Numbered from the stretch's first letter, positions 1 to 10,205 are shown. The stretch: DNA of 64,000 nucleotides from Candidatus Bathyarchaeota archaeon (GCA_963715865.1 OY970280.1:2176001-2240000), one strand, 5' to 3'. Program-made: numbers and translations. Notes: generated by a model from the sequence alone, not told the origin.

Positions 1-2
1 CT

Positions 3-335
3 GGCATAGTAGGCAAAGCGATTTCAGTACCGTATAATAAACCTGAATTAGCAGCCGCTCACGCTCTTGCTGGCCAATACCTTGGAATGCGCTTCATTTA
101 TCTTGAAGGAGGTTCTGGAGCAGCAAATCCTGTGCCCCCAGAAATGATTCGTGTAGTCAAACATTTGCTTGAAATTCACCTCATAGTAGGTGGGGGAATA
201 AGAACTAAAGAGCAAGCGATAGCTGCTGCCTCTGCAGGAGCAGACATAATCGTAACTGGAAACGTCACTGAGACCAATGATGCCAAGCAAAGGGTTTCTG
301 AAATCATCGAAGCAATCAAGGGCCTTAAGGTTTAA
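3..335 (+). CDS. Geranylgeranylglyceryl phosphate (GGGP) synthase family, 3' part (5' end outside window)
   Basis: Frame is open from base 3: GIVGKAISVPYNKPELAAAHALAGQYLGMRFIYLEGGSGA...LIVGGGIR...GADIIVTG. YLEGGSG and VGGGIR are GGGP synthase/PcrB motifs. Confidence 0.9.
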   Translation, partial: GIVGKAISVPYNKPELAAAHALAGQYLGMRFIYLEGGSGAANPVPPEMIRVVKHLLEIHLIVGGGIRTKEQAIAAASAGADIIVTGNVTETNDAKQRVSEIIEAIKGLKV

Positions 336-402
336 GGTTTGAAGTCTGCTTAGCTTTTCTATTTAGTTTTTAGAAAGCCAAAATAACCCATTACTCTATA
401 TC

Positions 403-3400
403 TTGAGGTGGAGCTGCGCTTTGAATATCAGCAAGGGCTATCAGAACTACGTTGAGACGATGGAAAATCAGCTAAAGCAATTGTATGCCATAAGCGACAG
501 CGCCAGATCAAAAGGCTTTGACCCATCATTAAAAACAGAGTCCATTATTGCACAAGACATCGCTGACTTAGTAGAAGGGCTGGTAGGACCCAAAGAAGTG
601 GCACTCAGCATCAGAGAATTAAGCACTAAAATGCAAAGAGAAGAAATCGCATTTAAAGTTGCTGAAGAAATTGTTTACGGCAAATTTGGTCACATGGAAC
701 CTGAAAAAGCAGCTGAGCAGGCAATTCGAACTGCCCTTGCAATTTTCACTGAAGGCTTAACTGCAGCGCCAATACAAGGCATAGCTCAAGTCAAAATAAA
801 AACTAACGCTGATAGGACACGCTATTTGGCGATATACTTTGCAGGGCCAATCCGGTCTGCGGGCGGGACAGACCAGGCATTAACTCTTGTCGTAGGCGAT
901 TTCGTGCGCCGCCAGTTAGGCTTGGATAGATATAAGCCTACAGATGAAGAAATCTCCCGTTTTATAGAAGAGTTAAGATTGTATGAACGGTCGGTAGGCC
1001 GTTTCCAATACCACATTCCCGATGATGAATTAAAGAAAGCGCTTAGTTTGCTTCCTGTTGAAGTCACAGGCACTGAATCAGACCCTGTAGAAGTCTCTTC
1101 ATACAGAAATCTTCCAAGAATCGAGACAAACCGCGTAAGAGGTGGTGCACTCAGGGTGGTTAACGACGGTATCGTAGGGCGCGCTCAAAAGGTTTTGGTA
1201 ATTATTGAAAAGCTCGGTTTCCAAGGTTGGGATTGGCTAAGAGAATTCCGAAAGAAATCCGAGAAGAAGTCAGGCGGCTTCATGGATGACGTGATTGCTG
1301 GGCGCCCAATTTTCTCTTTTCCTTCACGGCGTGGCGGCTTCAGGTTAAGGTATGGCAGATCGCGAAACACTGGCCTCTCAGCTGTAGGCATCCATCCTGC
1401 CACAATGCTTGTACTGGAGCGTTTTCTTGCTACAGGCACACAAATGCGCTTAGAACTTCCGGGGAAAGGTTGCGTTACAGTCCCAGTGGATAGCATTGAG
1501 CCTCCTATTGTTTTACTGAAGGATAATTCAGTCGTTCGAGTGTGGCTGGAAAATTTTGCCGAAGTTAAAGGCAAAATCCAAAAAATCCTATTTTTAGGGG
1601 ATATCCTGATTAGTTTTGGCGATTTTCTCTATACCAGTAAGGGGCTTTCGCCTTCAGGATACGTTGAGGAATGGTGGGTTAAAGACCTACAGAGTGTTCT
1701 TACGGAAAAATTCGGCTCAGATCACGAGAAAGCAGCGGAAGTTGCTCAGGTTTCTTTAGGAAGACTGAATATTTTTCTGGACGACCCGTTTAGCAACAAA
1801 CCTACAGCTAAAGAGGCGATACTTCTTAGCTTGCACTTGGGCGTGCCTTTGCATCCAAATTTTACGTTCTTCTGGACAAGCTTATCCTCGGTTCAAGAGG
1901 TTGAGTTTCTGAAAAAGTGGTTGGCTTCTTCTGAAATTACCTTGGAAGATGGCGTTGTTTGCAGAATTTTGGGAGAGACCAACGAAGGTATTGTAGGGTT
2001 ATTGCGGAAAATCCTTGTTCCGCATAAACTAGTAGGTGATAAGATTTTGCTGGAAGGTGAAGATGCGGTCGCTTTGGCCTTCTGTCTTGGTTACGGTACC
2101 ACAAAAATGGTTGAGGGCACGCAGACTGCTACAGCGTTGGAAGCAATTAGCCTGCTTTCTGGAGTGCAAGTTAAAGATAAAGCGCCTACCTTTGTGGGTG
2201 CACGCATGGGTCGACCTGAGAAGGCTAAAAGGCGAGAGATGAAGCCGCTTGTTCACGTTCTATTTCCAGTAAGCTTAGCTGGCGGTTCGCACAGGGATCT
2301 TTTGGAAGCGGCAAAGCAGGGTCCTGTGTTTGTTGAGATAACTAAGAGGAAATGCCCAAACTGTAAAACTTACACTTTAAGGGTAAAATGCTCCAGTTGT
2401 GGATGTGACACTATAGCAGAGAATAGTTGTCCTCGTTGTGGTAAAGCTTTAAAGGATAACAGTTGCCCCACCTGTAAAACGGATGCTGTTCAGTACCAGC
2501 GGCAGCCGATTAACTTCAAAGACTTAATCGATACTGCATGCAGGTCACTTGGTTATCCAGTTCCAAAACTCTTGAGGGGCGTTAAAGGATTAACTAATCA
2601 AGATAAGACTCCTGAAATTATCGAAAAGGGTGTTTTGCGGGCAAAATATGATTTGTCAGTGTACAAGGATGGAACAATCCGCTTTGACGCTACCAATGCT
2701 CCCTTAACACATTTTACGCCTGCCGAAATCGGAGTGCCCGTTGAAAAGATAAGGCAGCTAGGATACTGTTACGATATCCATGGCGCATGTTTGACTGATC
2801 CTAATCAGGTTTGTGAGCTTAGGGTTCAGGATGTTGTGATTCCTTGGCGAGCAGGAGAATACTTTATTCAAATTGCGGATTTTATTGATGACCTACTGAC
2901 AAGAGTCTACAAGCTTCCCTCTTACTATAACGTTAAGAAGCCTGAAGACCTTGTTGGGCATTTAATTTTAGGTTTAGCTCCCCATACATGCGCATGTATT
3001 TTAGGGCGCATAGTTGGTTTTACTGATCGTAATGTAATTTATGCTCATCCTATTTGGCACTCAGCCAAACGCCGAGACTGTGACGGTGATGAAGACGCTA
3101 TCATGCTGGCGCTGGATACACTTCTCAACTTCTCTCGCGTATACTTGCCTGCTCAGATAGGCGGAATCATGGATGCTCCCCTACTCTTAATTCCGTTTGT
3201 TAACACGAAGGAAGTGCAAAGACAAGCCCACGATTTTGATGTTGACGCAACTTATCCGCTTGAATTCTACCAAAAAACTCTTGAGAAAGCTGAAGCTAGG
3301 TCAGTGAGCTCTATTATGGACGTTATCAGTCATAGGCTTGGGACTGAAGCGCAGTTTGAAGGGTTCAACTACACCACTCCCGTGTCAAACATAAACCTTG

Positions 3401-3831
3401 GTAACGCTAACAGTTCCTATAAAGAATTCAAGTCCATGATTGATAAACTGAATATGCAGCTGGAGTTAGACGAAAAAATTGACGCTGTGGACGTCAGGCG
3501 TGTCGCCTTAAAAGTCTTAACAACTCATTTTATTAGAGACATAGCGGGTAATTTGCGTGCTTTCTCAACGCAAGCGTTTAGATGTAAATCATGCAACAAA
3601 AAGTTTCGTCGATTGCCTCTCAAAGGGAAATGCCCTTTTTGTGGGGGAAAGTTAACTCTCACTGTTTACCGTGGCGGTATAGAGAAGTATCTGGTGGTGG
3701 CACAGCAACTTGTTGATAAATACGGCTTACCAAAGTATTATACTCAGCGCATGGACCTGATAAAAGAAGAGATAGCTTCTATGTTCGATAACAAAAAGCC
3801 AAAGCAGGCCAGCCTTTCCGATTTTACCTAA
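403..3831 (+). CDS. polC: DNA polymerase D large subunit DP2
   Basis: 1142 aa with YFAGPIRSAGGT, RLRYGRSRNTG, KRRDCDGDED and Cys zinc-finger clusters. No intein. True start may be slightly downstream of the TTG at 403. Confidence 0.97.
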   Translation: MRWSCALNISKGYQNYVETMENQLKQLYAISDSARSKGFDPSLKTESIIAQDIADLVEGLVGPKEVALSIRELSTKMQREEIAFKVAEEIVYGKFGHMEPEKAAEQAIRTALAIFTEGLTAAPIQGIAQVKIKTNADRTRYLAIYFAGPIRSAGGTDQALTLVVGDFVRRQLGLDRYKPTDEEISRFIEELRLYERSVGRFQYHIPDDELKKALSLLPVEVTGTESDPVEVSSYRNLPRIETNRVRGGALRVVNDGIVGRAQKVLVIIEKLGFQGWDWLREFRKKSEKKSGGFMDDVIAGRPIFSFPSRRGGFRLRYGRSRNTGLSAVGIHPATMLVLERFLATGTQMRLELPGKGCVTVPVDSIEPPIVLLKDNSVVRVWLENFAEVKGKIQKILFLGDILISFGDFLYTSKGLSPSGYVEEWWVKDLQSVLTEKFGSDHEKAAEVAQVSLGRLNIFLDDPFSNKPTAKEAILLSLHLGVPLHPNFTFFWTSLSSVQEVEFLKKWLASSEITLEDGVVCRILGETNEGIVGLLRKILVPHKLVGDKILLEGEDAVALAFCLGYGTTKMVEGTQTATALEAISLLSGVQVKDKAPTFVGARMGRPEKAKRREMKPLVHVLFPVSLAGGSHRDLLEAAKQGPVFVEITKRKCPNCKTYTLRVKCSSCGCDTIAENSCPRCGKALKDNSCPTCKTDAVQYQRQPINFKDLIDTACRSLGYPVPKLLRGVKGLTNQDKTPEIIEKGVLRAKYDLSVYKDGTIRFDATNAPLTHFTPAEIGVPVEKIRQLGYCYDIHGACLTDPNQVCELRVQDVVIPWRAGEYFIQIADFIDDLLTRVYKLPSYYNVKKPEDLVGHLILGLAPHTCACILGRIVGFTDRNVIYAHPIWHSAKRRDCDGDEDAIMLALDTLLNFSRVYLPAQIGGIMDAPLLLIPFVNTKEVQRQAHDFDVDATYPLEFYQKTLEKAEARSVSSIMDVISHRLGTEAQFEGFNYTTPVSNINLGNANSSYKEFKSMIDKLNMQLELDEKIDAVDVRRVALKVLTTHFIRDIAGNLRAFSTQAFRCKSCNKKFRRLPLKGKCPFCGGKLTLTVYRGGIEKYLVVAQQLVDKYGLPKYYTQRMDLIKEEIASMFDNKKPKQASLSDFT

Positions 3832-3887
3832 AGCTTTTCAATGTAAACCGCGTTTTTATCTAGCGGTGAAATGGTATAAAGGAATCT

Positions 3888-4139
3888 TTGCATCCGAACG
3901 CTTACTTAGAACATGTGAGAAACGTAAGTAGCGGTGTTAAAGCCAGAACTAAAATACTAGAAACTCTTGAGAGCAAACCCAGTGATGCAGTAAGTATAGC
4001 GAAGGTAACGTCTTTATCTTATAGCGTTGTTCTGCATCACTTGCGACTTCTTGAAAATGAAAGCATAGTTCACCGCAAAGGACGTAGACCTTATTATTGG
4101 GTGTCTACAGGTTTAGGGCAGAAACGCCTAGTTAGTTAG
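3888..4139 (+). CDS. Winged helix-turn-helix (ArsR-like) protein
   Basis: 83 aa; ARTKILETL...SIAKVTSLSYSVVLHHLRLLENESIV fits a wHTH pattern. Confidence 0.7.
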   Translation: MHPNAYLEHVRNVSSGVKARTKILETLESKPSDAVSIAKVTSLSYSVVLHHLRLLENESIVHRKGRRPYYWVSTGLGQKRLVS

Positions 4140-4426
4140 AACGTGCATTGGCATGGTGACTGTTGACATTTTGGGCATTTATAGTTGTATTTGTTGATGG
4201 CTGTTTTTTCAAGGTCTATTCCCATTATGTTAGCAAGAGATGCAAGCCATGCAATTACATCTGCAAATTCTTTCTCAGTAGCCTCTTTATCGGTTCCTTT
4301 TTTCAATTCTTCCCCTAATTCTGCAACCTCATCAACAAGCCAATTGTATGTTCCGTTTACTCCACGTTCGGAATCTCTTTTAAAATATAGGCGACGCATC
4401 ATTTCTTGAAATTCATGAATGTGCAT
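4136..4426 (-). CDS. MazG-like NTP pyrophosphohydrolase with C-terminal Cys cluster
   Basis: WLVDEVAELGEE...EKEFADVIAWLASLAN (EXXE...EXXD motif) and a CPKCQQSPCQC tail. Confidence 0.85.
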   Translation of the reverse strand: MHIHEFQEMMRRLYFKRDSERGVNGTYNWLVDEVAELGEELKKGTDKEATEKEFADVIAWLASLANIMGIDLEKTAINKYNYKCPKCQQSPCQCTF

Positions 4427-4568
4427 AGGCTCACCAAATTTTGTGTAAATTGTTAACGTTGTACAGTTTAAACTTTGTCAACCGAAAAAAATTCAGGTTT
4501 TAAAATTTTGGAATCTGCGCAACATTAATTAAATGCATACAATACATTGAAAAGGACAGGGATATTTG

Positions 4569-4742
4569 GTGAGTAGACGCAAAAAGAAAGAGACAGGTCC
4601 AATGCCCGCAGCAAGTGCAGGTTTGCTGAGGTTCTTTGAAGAAGAGACTGAAGGAATAAAAATTAGACCTGAACTGCTTGTGGTCTTTGCGGTTTCATTG
4701 ATAGTTATTTCTGTTTTAGCAAAAGTATTCTTTGCAGGTTAA
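4569..4742 (+). CDS. secG: Preprotein translocase subunit Sec61beta (57 aa, below the ORF-track cutoff)
   Basis: Manual translation from GTG: MSRRKKKETGPMPAASAGLLRFFEEETEGIKIRPELLVVFAVSLIVISVLAKVFFAG. It has the AGLLRF(F/Y)EE motif followed by one TM helix. Confidence 0.9.
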   Translation: MSRRKKKETGPMPAASAGLLRFFEEETEGIKIRPELLVVFAVSLIVISVLAKVFFAG

Positions 4743-4751
4743 ACAGCTTAT

Positions 4752-5042
4752 TTAACGCCTCGGCGGCGTAGCGTGTAAAACTTCTATTCTTTGAACCGAA
4801 TTCAGATGAAGAAATAACTCGCTTCTTTCTTCTCGACTTGCCACTTGCGGAATAGGCTGGGCAATTGTAGACCTTAAAACGATAGCTTCTGCGTCTGAAA
4901 GCCAGATTCCTGATGGTTCATACGTTACAGCGGCTAACGTGCCCTCGAAACCGTAAGCTGGATCTATAATAACTCTGATTTTCTTGCCCACGTTTCTCTC
5001 CAGCATGTGAAATATTGAAGGGGGCAAATCTTGATCTGGCAT
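4752..5042 (-). CDS. Divergent Sm/LSm-fold protein
   Basis: LERNVGKKIRVII...FEGTLAAV...IWLSDAE...LFLHLNSVQRIEV follows Sm1/Sm2 spacing, but the RNA-binding residues are non-canonical. Confidence 0.5.
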   Translation of the reverse strand: MPDQDLPPSIFHMLERNVGKKIRVIIDPAYGFEGTLAAVTYEPSGIWLSDAEAIVLRSTIAQPIPQVASREERSELFLHLNSVQRIEVLHATPPRR

Positions 5043-5300
5043 AGACTTCGCAAACTAATATGATTGTTATTCTAAAGATAAAACAATTCCCCTGTTAAAG
5101 CATGTTAACTCTGTGGCTATTATGGCAAGATGACGTTTTGTTTTCCTTGCTTTTTGCCTTTTTTGGTGCTAAAATGTCAAGGTCTCTACTGTGAGTTATT
5201 AAAAAATATGTATTTAGTGTCGAAAAAATAACTCCTTGAGTTAGCTAAATTTTAATAAGCCTGTCCAGTTCCATAAGAAACCCAATTTGAGGATGGAAAC

Positions 5301-7118
5301 ATGGCGACTGAGGATTCCCTTAATCATTCAATGAATAGTGCGCTGAAACACTATTCCTCCCTGTTCTCCCTTCCCTCATACAAAAAATCACTTCTAGCAA
5401 TTGCTGTAATCTGTATTGTTGTAGTTGGGCTTTCAACTTTTGCTCTTTTCCCATCAATCCAAGGGTTAACTAGCGGCTTGGTTCTTGGCATTTCCCTTTT
5501 CGCTTTAACGCTTATAGCCGATTCAGTAATGAGCAAGATAATTCTAAAGGTTGATCCAATTTACTTGTTGAGACGCACTTTAGCGCTGTCCCTCTTCTGT
5601 TGGCTTCTCTGGCTATTTTTCATCGCCATAGGCGTTGTTTTAGGCTTTGCTTTTGGTTGGTTATTATGGGTTAAACTTTGCCTTTTAGGATATGCCGCCG
5701 TTGTAACTCTAAGGGGCGTCGTGTTTATTGCAACGTCTTCCGCAGCTATGTGGCGGAAACTATTGTCTGTTTTGCTTAATCCCACCCTTTGCATAGTAGC
5801 TTTTCTTGCTTTTTGGGCTGGCATTTCAAGTGCTATTCTAATTCAAATTCTACCTTTCTTAGTCATTTCTCCAATAATTGGTTGCGTTGTAGTTTTCTTG
5901 TTCCTTTCATCCCTGGACCGTTTAGGTCAGAAAACCTATTCGATACCTTCTTTGCCACTGTTTAGGGCGTTTATGCTTAACTGGATAGTTGGTCTTAACG
6001 CGCCTCTTGAAGAGTTTTTTGAAAAGATGGGTGAAAACGCGGATGTGGAAGTTACTCTGCTAAAGTTTGACTCTTCCAAGCCTAAAGCTGCAGTCATTGT
6101 TCCTCTTGTGCATCCAGGCCCATTCAAGAATATAGGCAGTAGCCTTTTGCCCTCTCTTCTCAAGCATGAGTTCGAAAGAGAATTTGGATGCGACACCTGT
6201 GTTCCCCTTGGCATTCTTGGGCATGAGCTTGATTTAGCCTCGCAAGCGCAGAATCATAAAATAGTTTCACAGGTAATAGCTTCTGCAAAGTTTAAGGCAT
6301 CGTCTAATTTAGCTTCGCCTTTTGTTAAAGTCACTGAAGGTGCAGCTGCCGCTTCATGTCAATTTTTTGGGGACACTGCGCTTCTTTCTTTTACGCTTTC
6401 TCCAAAAACAACTGAAGATTTACCGCAAGAGTTAGGTCGCGTTGTCGGTGAGGAAGCAGAAAAGTATGGATTAAAATATGCTATGATTGTTAATGCCCAC
6501 AACAGCATCAACGACATAGTTGATACCGAAGAATATTTAGACGCGTTGCAAGTAGCGGCTTCTAAATGCCTTCAAAAAGCAATTACGCTGCCAACTAAAC
6601 AGTTCATGGTTGGAGCCGCCACTGTTTTCCCTAAAGAATTTGATTTAAAAGATGGCATGGGTACAGGCGGAATCACTGCAATAGTCGTTCAAGTAGAGAA
6701 ACAGAAAACTGCTTACGTGGTAATTGATGGAAACAACATGATTTCGGGTTTGCGTGAAAAGATTCTTGCCGCTTTAACTTCTGTCGGTTTTGATGAAAGC
6801 GAAGTTTTCACTACAGACACTCATGCCGTAACCGTAATTACGGGAAGGCGTGGTTACCACCCGGTCGGTGAAGTTATGAGCCACGAGATACTGATTCGTT
6901 GTATTTGTGAAGTGGCAAAAAAGGCAGAGGCAAACTTGGAAGCTTCAAAAGCTGGGTGTCTGCGTCTTGTTGTTCCCCAAGTAAGAGTAATTGGTGAAGC
7001 TCGGTTGCAATCAATGTCGATTCTTGTGGATAAGGCGATTCAGAAGGCGAAACAAACGTTGATTCCGGTCTTTGGGTTGGAGGGACTGTTTTTAATCTTG
7101 CTCTTAACGCTCTTCTAA
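5301..7118 (+). CDS. DUF2070-family membrane protein
   Basis: N-terminal multi-TM region, then VHPGPFKNIGSS, HELDLAS, NAHNS, DGNNM and TTDTH conserved-looking motifs. Confidence 0.8.
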   Translation: MATEDSLNHSMNSALKHYSSLFSLPSYKKSLLAIAVICIVVVGLSTFALFPSIQGLTSGLVLGISLFALTLIADSVMSKIILKVDPIYLLRRTLALSLFCWLLWLFFIAIGVVLGFAFGWLLWVKLCLLGYAAVVTLRGVVFIATSSAAMWRKLLSVLLNPTLCIVAFLAFWAGISSAILIQILPFLVISPIIGCVVVFLFLSSLDRLGQKTYSIPSLPLFRAFMLNWIVGLNAPLEEFFEKMGENADVEVTLLKFDSSKPKAAVIVPLVHPGPFKNIGSSLLPSLLKHEFEREFGCDTCVPLGILGHELDLASQAQNHKIVSQVIASAKFKASSNLASPFVKVTEGAAAASCQFFGDTALLSFTLSPKTTEDLPQELGRVVGEEAEKYGLKYAMIVNAHNSINDIVDTEEYLDALQVAASKCLQKAITLPTKQFMVGAATVFPKEFDLKDGMGTGGITAIVVQVEKQKTAYVVIDGNNMISGLREKILAALTSVGFDESEVFTTDTHAVTVITGRRGYHPVGEVMSHEILIRCICEVAKKAEANLEASKAGCLRLVVPQVRVIGEARLQSMSILVDKAIQKAKQTLIPVFGLEGLFLILLLTLF

Positions 7119-7197
7119 GTTAAACTGCTGTATCTCTTGGTGCGTAAAGGTTAATATTGCCTCTTTACTAGTCGCTTTTGATTGGAGTTATTTCAAA

Positions 7198-8535
7198 ATG
7201 GTTGCTTACCCTAAAATTGTTGTTTCTCCACCTGGACCTAAAGCTAGAGAGCTTGTTCAGAAGGATGAACGGTTTGTTTCCCCCTCGTATATGCGGTATT
7301 ATCCGCTTGTTGTTGAGTCAGCAAACGATTGCATAGTTAAGGATGTTGATGGAAACGAGTACATTGACCTCAACTCTGGCATAGCCTGTATGAACGTTGG
7401 TCATAATCACCCCCGTGTGGTTGAGGCTATAAAAAGTCAGTGTGACCGCTTTCTGCATTATTCTAACACTGACTTCTACTACAAAGAAGTAATCAACTTA
7501 GCAGAAAAGTTAGCTAAAATAGCTCCTGGCGATTTTGAGAAAAAAACCTATTTTGGCAACAGCGGCACCGAAGCCGTTGAAGCGGCAGTAAAACTTGCCA
7601 GATGGCACACACGTAAACAATTATTCATAGGCTTCATAAGCGCTTTCCATGGTCGCACGATGGGTTCATTAGCTTTTACCGCCAGCAAACCAACGCAAAG
7701 GAGACATTTTTCTCCCTTTATGCCGGGTGTAGCTCATGTTCCTTATCCCTATTGTTACCGTTGCCCTTTCAAACTGGAACAGCCGGACTGTAACTATTGG
7801 TGCGTAGATTTTATTGAAGAGCAAGTATTGCAAAAGTATATGCCTCCTGAAGATGTGGCAGCGATTCTTTTTGAACCAATCCAAGGAGAAGGTGGTTATG
7901 TGGTTCCTCCTCCAGAGTTTTTCCAAAAGCTTAAGAAAATCGCTGATAAGTATGGTTTACTGCTTATCGACGATGAAGTGCAATCTGGCATAGGCAGAAC
8001 GGGCAAATGGTTCGCTATTGAACACTGGAACACTGAACCAGACATAATCTGCAGTGCAAAGGCTTTGGCTTCAGGTTTGCCCATCGGTGCAACAATTGCT
8101 AAAGCGAAAATTATGGACTGGACTGGCGGTTCGCACGCAAGCACTTTCGGCGGAAACCCCTTATCATGCGTTGCCGCAGCCGCAGTTCTGGACGCCATTA
8201 AGGAGCAGCAGTTGCTGGATAACGCCAACAGGCAAGGTGCTTACGCGATGAAAAGGTTGGAGGACTTGAAAGAAACCAGCAACATAGTTGGAGATGTACG
8301 TGGTAAAGGTCTAATGATTGGTGTTGAACTTGTTGAGGACAAGGAAACAAGAAAGCCTGCGCCGCAGAAAGCTTCTCAGGTTATTTTGCGCTCATGGAAG
8401 CGCGGAGTAGCAGTTGTTACTTGTGGTGCTTCAACGCTTAGGATAGTTCCGCCGCTTACTATACAAAGCGACCTGCTAGGCTCAGCGCTGGATATCGTTG
8501 AAGATACCATTAATGAAGTAGCAAAAGAAACCTAG
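7198..8535 (+). CDS. Class III PLP aminotransferase (4-aminobutyrate/acetylornithine type)
   Basis: FHGRT, EPIQGEGG, DEVQSGIGRTG, SAKALASG (PLP lysine), HASTFGGNP. Confidence 0.92.
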   Translation: MVAYPKIVVSPPGPKARELVQKDERFVSPSYMRYYPLVVESANDCIVKDVDGNEYIDLNSGIACMNVGHNHPRVVEAIKSQCDRFLHYSNTDFYYKEVINLAEKLAKIAPGDFEKKTYFGNSGTEAVEAAVKLARWHTRKQLFIGFISAFHGRTMGSLAFTASKPTQRRHFSPFMPGVAHVPYPYCYRCPFKLEQPDCNYWCVDFIEEQVLQKYMPPEDVAAILFEPIQGEGGYVVPPPEFFQKLKKIADKYGLLLIDDEVQSGIGRTGKWFAIEHWNTEPDIICSAKALASGLPIGATIAKAKIMDWTGGSHASTFGGNPLSCVAAAAVLDAIKEQQLLDNANRQGAYAMKRLEDLKETSNIVGDVRGKGLMIGVELVEDKETRKPAPQKASQVILRSWKRGVAVVTCGASTLRIVPPLTIQSDLLGSALDIVEDTINEVAKET

Positions 8536-8537
8536 AA

Positions 8538-9092
8538 CTATCTTGCCTTCAAGCTTTTCGCTGTTCTACGAGGCTTCCTCTTAAGTTCTGTACCACAAAC
8601 TTGGCACTCCTTGGATGAGCAGTTGGCAGGGTATTCTCGGTGGCACGCTGGGCAGTATCTTATCCACTCTAAAAGGCGCTTGATACCGAAAGTAGCGAGT
8701 GCTAAAAATTCTATTCCTAACTGAGTGGCAACATTCTGGATTGAATAGTCATCAGTAACAATTTGAGGCGTGTAACCTGTTGCTTTCAATTCGAAGGCTA
8801 AAGCCAAAAGCTGCATGTCCGTTTCAGACAGTAAATATGAGTCGCCAATTTTACTTGCCGATGCTTTTGCTTTGTTCCAAAATGCTTCTGAAGGCACCTT
8901 AACCTTTAATCTTCCACTTTCAATTGCTGTTTCAAATCTAACCCGAGTCATAGAATTCTTTCTTATTTCTTCTTCAACTTTGGGCACGGTTACTTGTTCT
9001 TCGCTTAATGAGAAAGGGTCAAAACCTGCCAAAAAAGCGGAAGTGTCTAGGACAATTACTCTTTTACATTGATTATCTGCTTGGCTTTTCAT
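8538..9092 (-). CDS. nob1: Nob1-like PIN-domain rRNA-processing endonuclease
   Basis: VLDTSAFL, LSETD, TDDYSIQNVA and a C-terminal CPAC...CQVCG zinc ribbon. Confidence 0.9.
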   Translation of the reverse strand: MKSQADNQCKRVIVLDTSAFLAGFDPFSLSEEQVTVPKVEEEIRKNSMTRVRFETAIESGRLKVKVPSEAFWNKAKASASKIGDSYLLSETDMQLLALAFELKATGYTPQIVTDDYSIQNVATQLGIEFLALATFGIKRLLEWIRYCPACHREYPANCSSKECQVCGTELKRKPRRTAKSLKAR

Positions 9093-9928
9093 TCTGTTCC
9101 CTTAAAAAGCAACCGACTTCTTAACCGGTCATAAAAATCAGTTTCGAATCTTATAAAAGAAGTTACATTTTTGGATCTTGTGACCTTAAGCATTGGCTCT
9201 TTAACGCTTACAAGTTTGCGGTAGTTTCCATCAATTAAAACAAGCATGTCCTTTGGCCTAATTACGTTGAAGGTAATAGTGGAGTCCGCTGGAAAAACAA
9301 GCGAATGGAACACAGTTAACGAACAGATCGGCGTAATAACGAAAGCATCTACTTCTCGGTCTAAAACCGGTCCTCCTGCTGAAAGGGAATAACCGGTAGA
9401 ACCCGTTTGGGTGGCTACGATTAGGCCGTCTGCTTGGCATTTAAGAATTGGCTTCCCGTTCTTGCATATTTGAGTGTAAAGTATTTTTGATGGTTCGCCA
9501 GCAGAAATGACAACGTCATTTAAAGCGTCTGGCATTGATTCTTCGCCTGCTGACACAGCTAGCTTAGCGCATTTTTCTATTTTGTACTCGCCTTTCAAGA
9601 TTTTTTCTACTGCTTCACAAGCGTTTTTAGGTTCAACTTCTGTTAAGAACCCTCTGACTCCCATGTTAATTGCTAAAATTGGCGGTTCAGGCTTAGGCAC
9701 CGTGATGCATGTACGTAGTATTGTTCCGTCGCCACCGATTGTTATTATGAAGTCAGTTTTCATTTTTGATAGCGGAACCATCTCTTCCCGCGTGGCTATT
9801 TTTCCTGCTAGAGTATCTTCTATGTAAACCTTCAAACCTTTGCTTTTAAGATACTCCGCTAACTCCTCTGTAAGCTTTAACGCTGGTTTTTTATCGTAGC
9901 GGGCGACTAATCCCACGCTTTTGAACAA
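9089..9928 (-). CDS. nadK: NAD(+) kinase
   Basis: GGDGT, GFL, LND, DGLIVATQTGSTGYSLSAGG motifs. Confidence 0.95.
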   Translation of the reverse strand: MFKSVGLVARYDKKPALKLTEELAEYLKSKGLKVYIEDTLAGKIATREEMVPLSKMKTDFIITIGGDGTILRTCITVPKPEPPILAINMGVRGFLTEVEPKNACEAVEKILKGEYKIEKCAKLAVSAGEESMPDALNDVVISAGEPSKILYTQICKNGKPILKCQADGLIVATQTGSTGYSLSAGGPVLDREVDAFVITPICSLTVFHSLVFPADSTITFNVIRPKDMLVLIDGNYRKLVSVKEPMLKVTRSKNVTSFIRFETDFYDRLRSRLLFKGTE

Positions 9929-9957
9929 CTAATTCCACCGCTCAGTAAATAGCGTTA

Positions 9958-9987
9958 CCTCAATCTATATATGAGTGTTGTTCAGAA
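9958..9987 (+). repeat. Left copy of 30-bp direct repeat (island boundary; contains the TATA-like TATATAT)
   Basis: cctcaatctatatatgagtgttgttcagaa versus cctaaatctatatatgggtgttgttcagaa at 12071-12100, 28/30 identical by direct comparison. Confidence 0.9.
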
Positions 9988-10188
9988 GCCTCGATTAGGA
10001 ATCTAAAGAGAAACTAAAATGTTTTATTATATAACAGCATCAGGGGGTTGTATTGCAATTAAAGGACCCCTACATATACTCATGTATGTTATTGGCGGAA
10101 AACATGTATATAAATAATAACACAGAAAAATATCAATTAAATTAACAGATTTATATTAATAAAAATAATTCTTGCGTTAAAAAATTAC

Positions 10189-10205
10189 AATTTCCAATGG
10201 AAATT
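10189..10205. promoter_or_regulatory. 17-bp perfect palindrome AATTTCCA-A-TGGAAATT (candidate operator, ORB-core-like)
   Basis: 8-bp arms with a 1-nt centre, about 22 nt upstream of the TATA-like TTTATATAA at 10227. Confidence 0.4.

Noticed and set aside
9992-10002. 11-bp match CGATTAGGAAT shared with 25628-25638
   Set aside because: Matches of this length are expected by chance in AT-rich intergenic DNA of this size.
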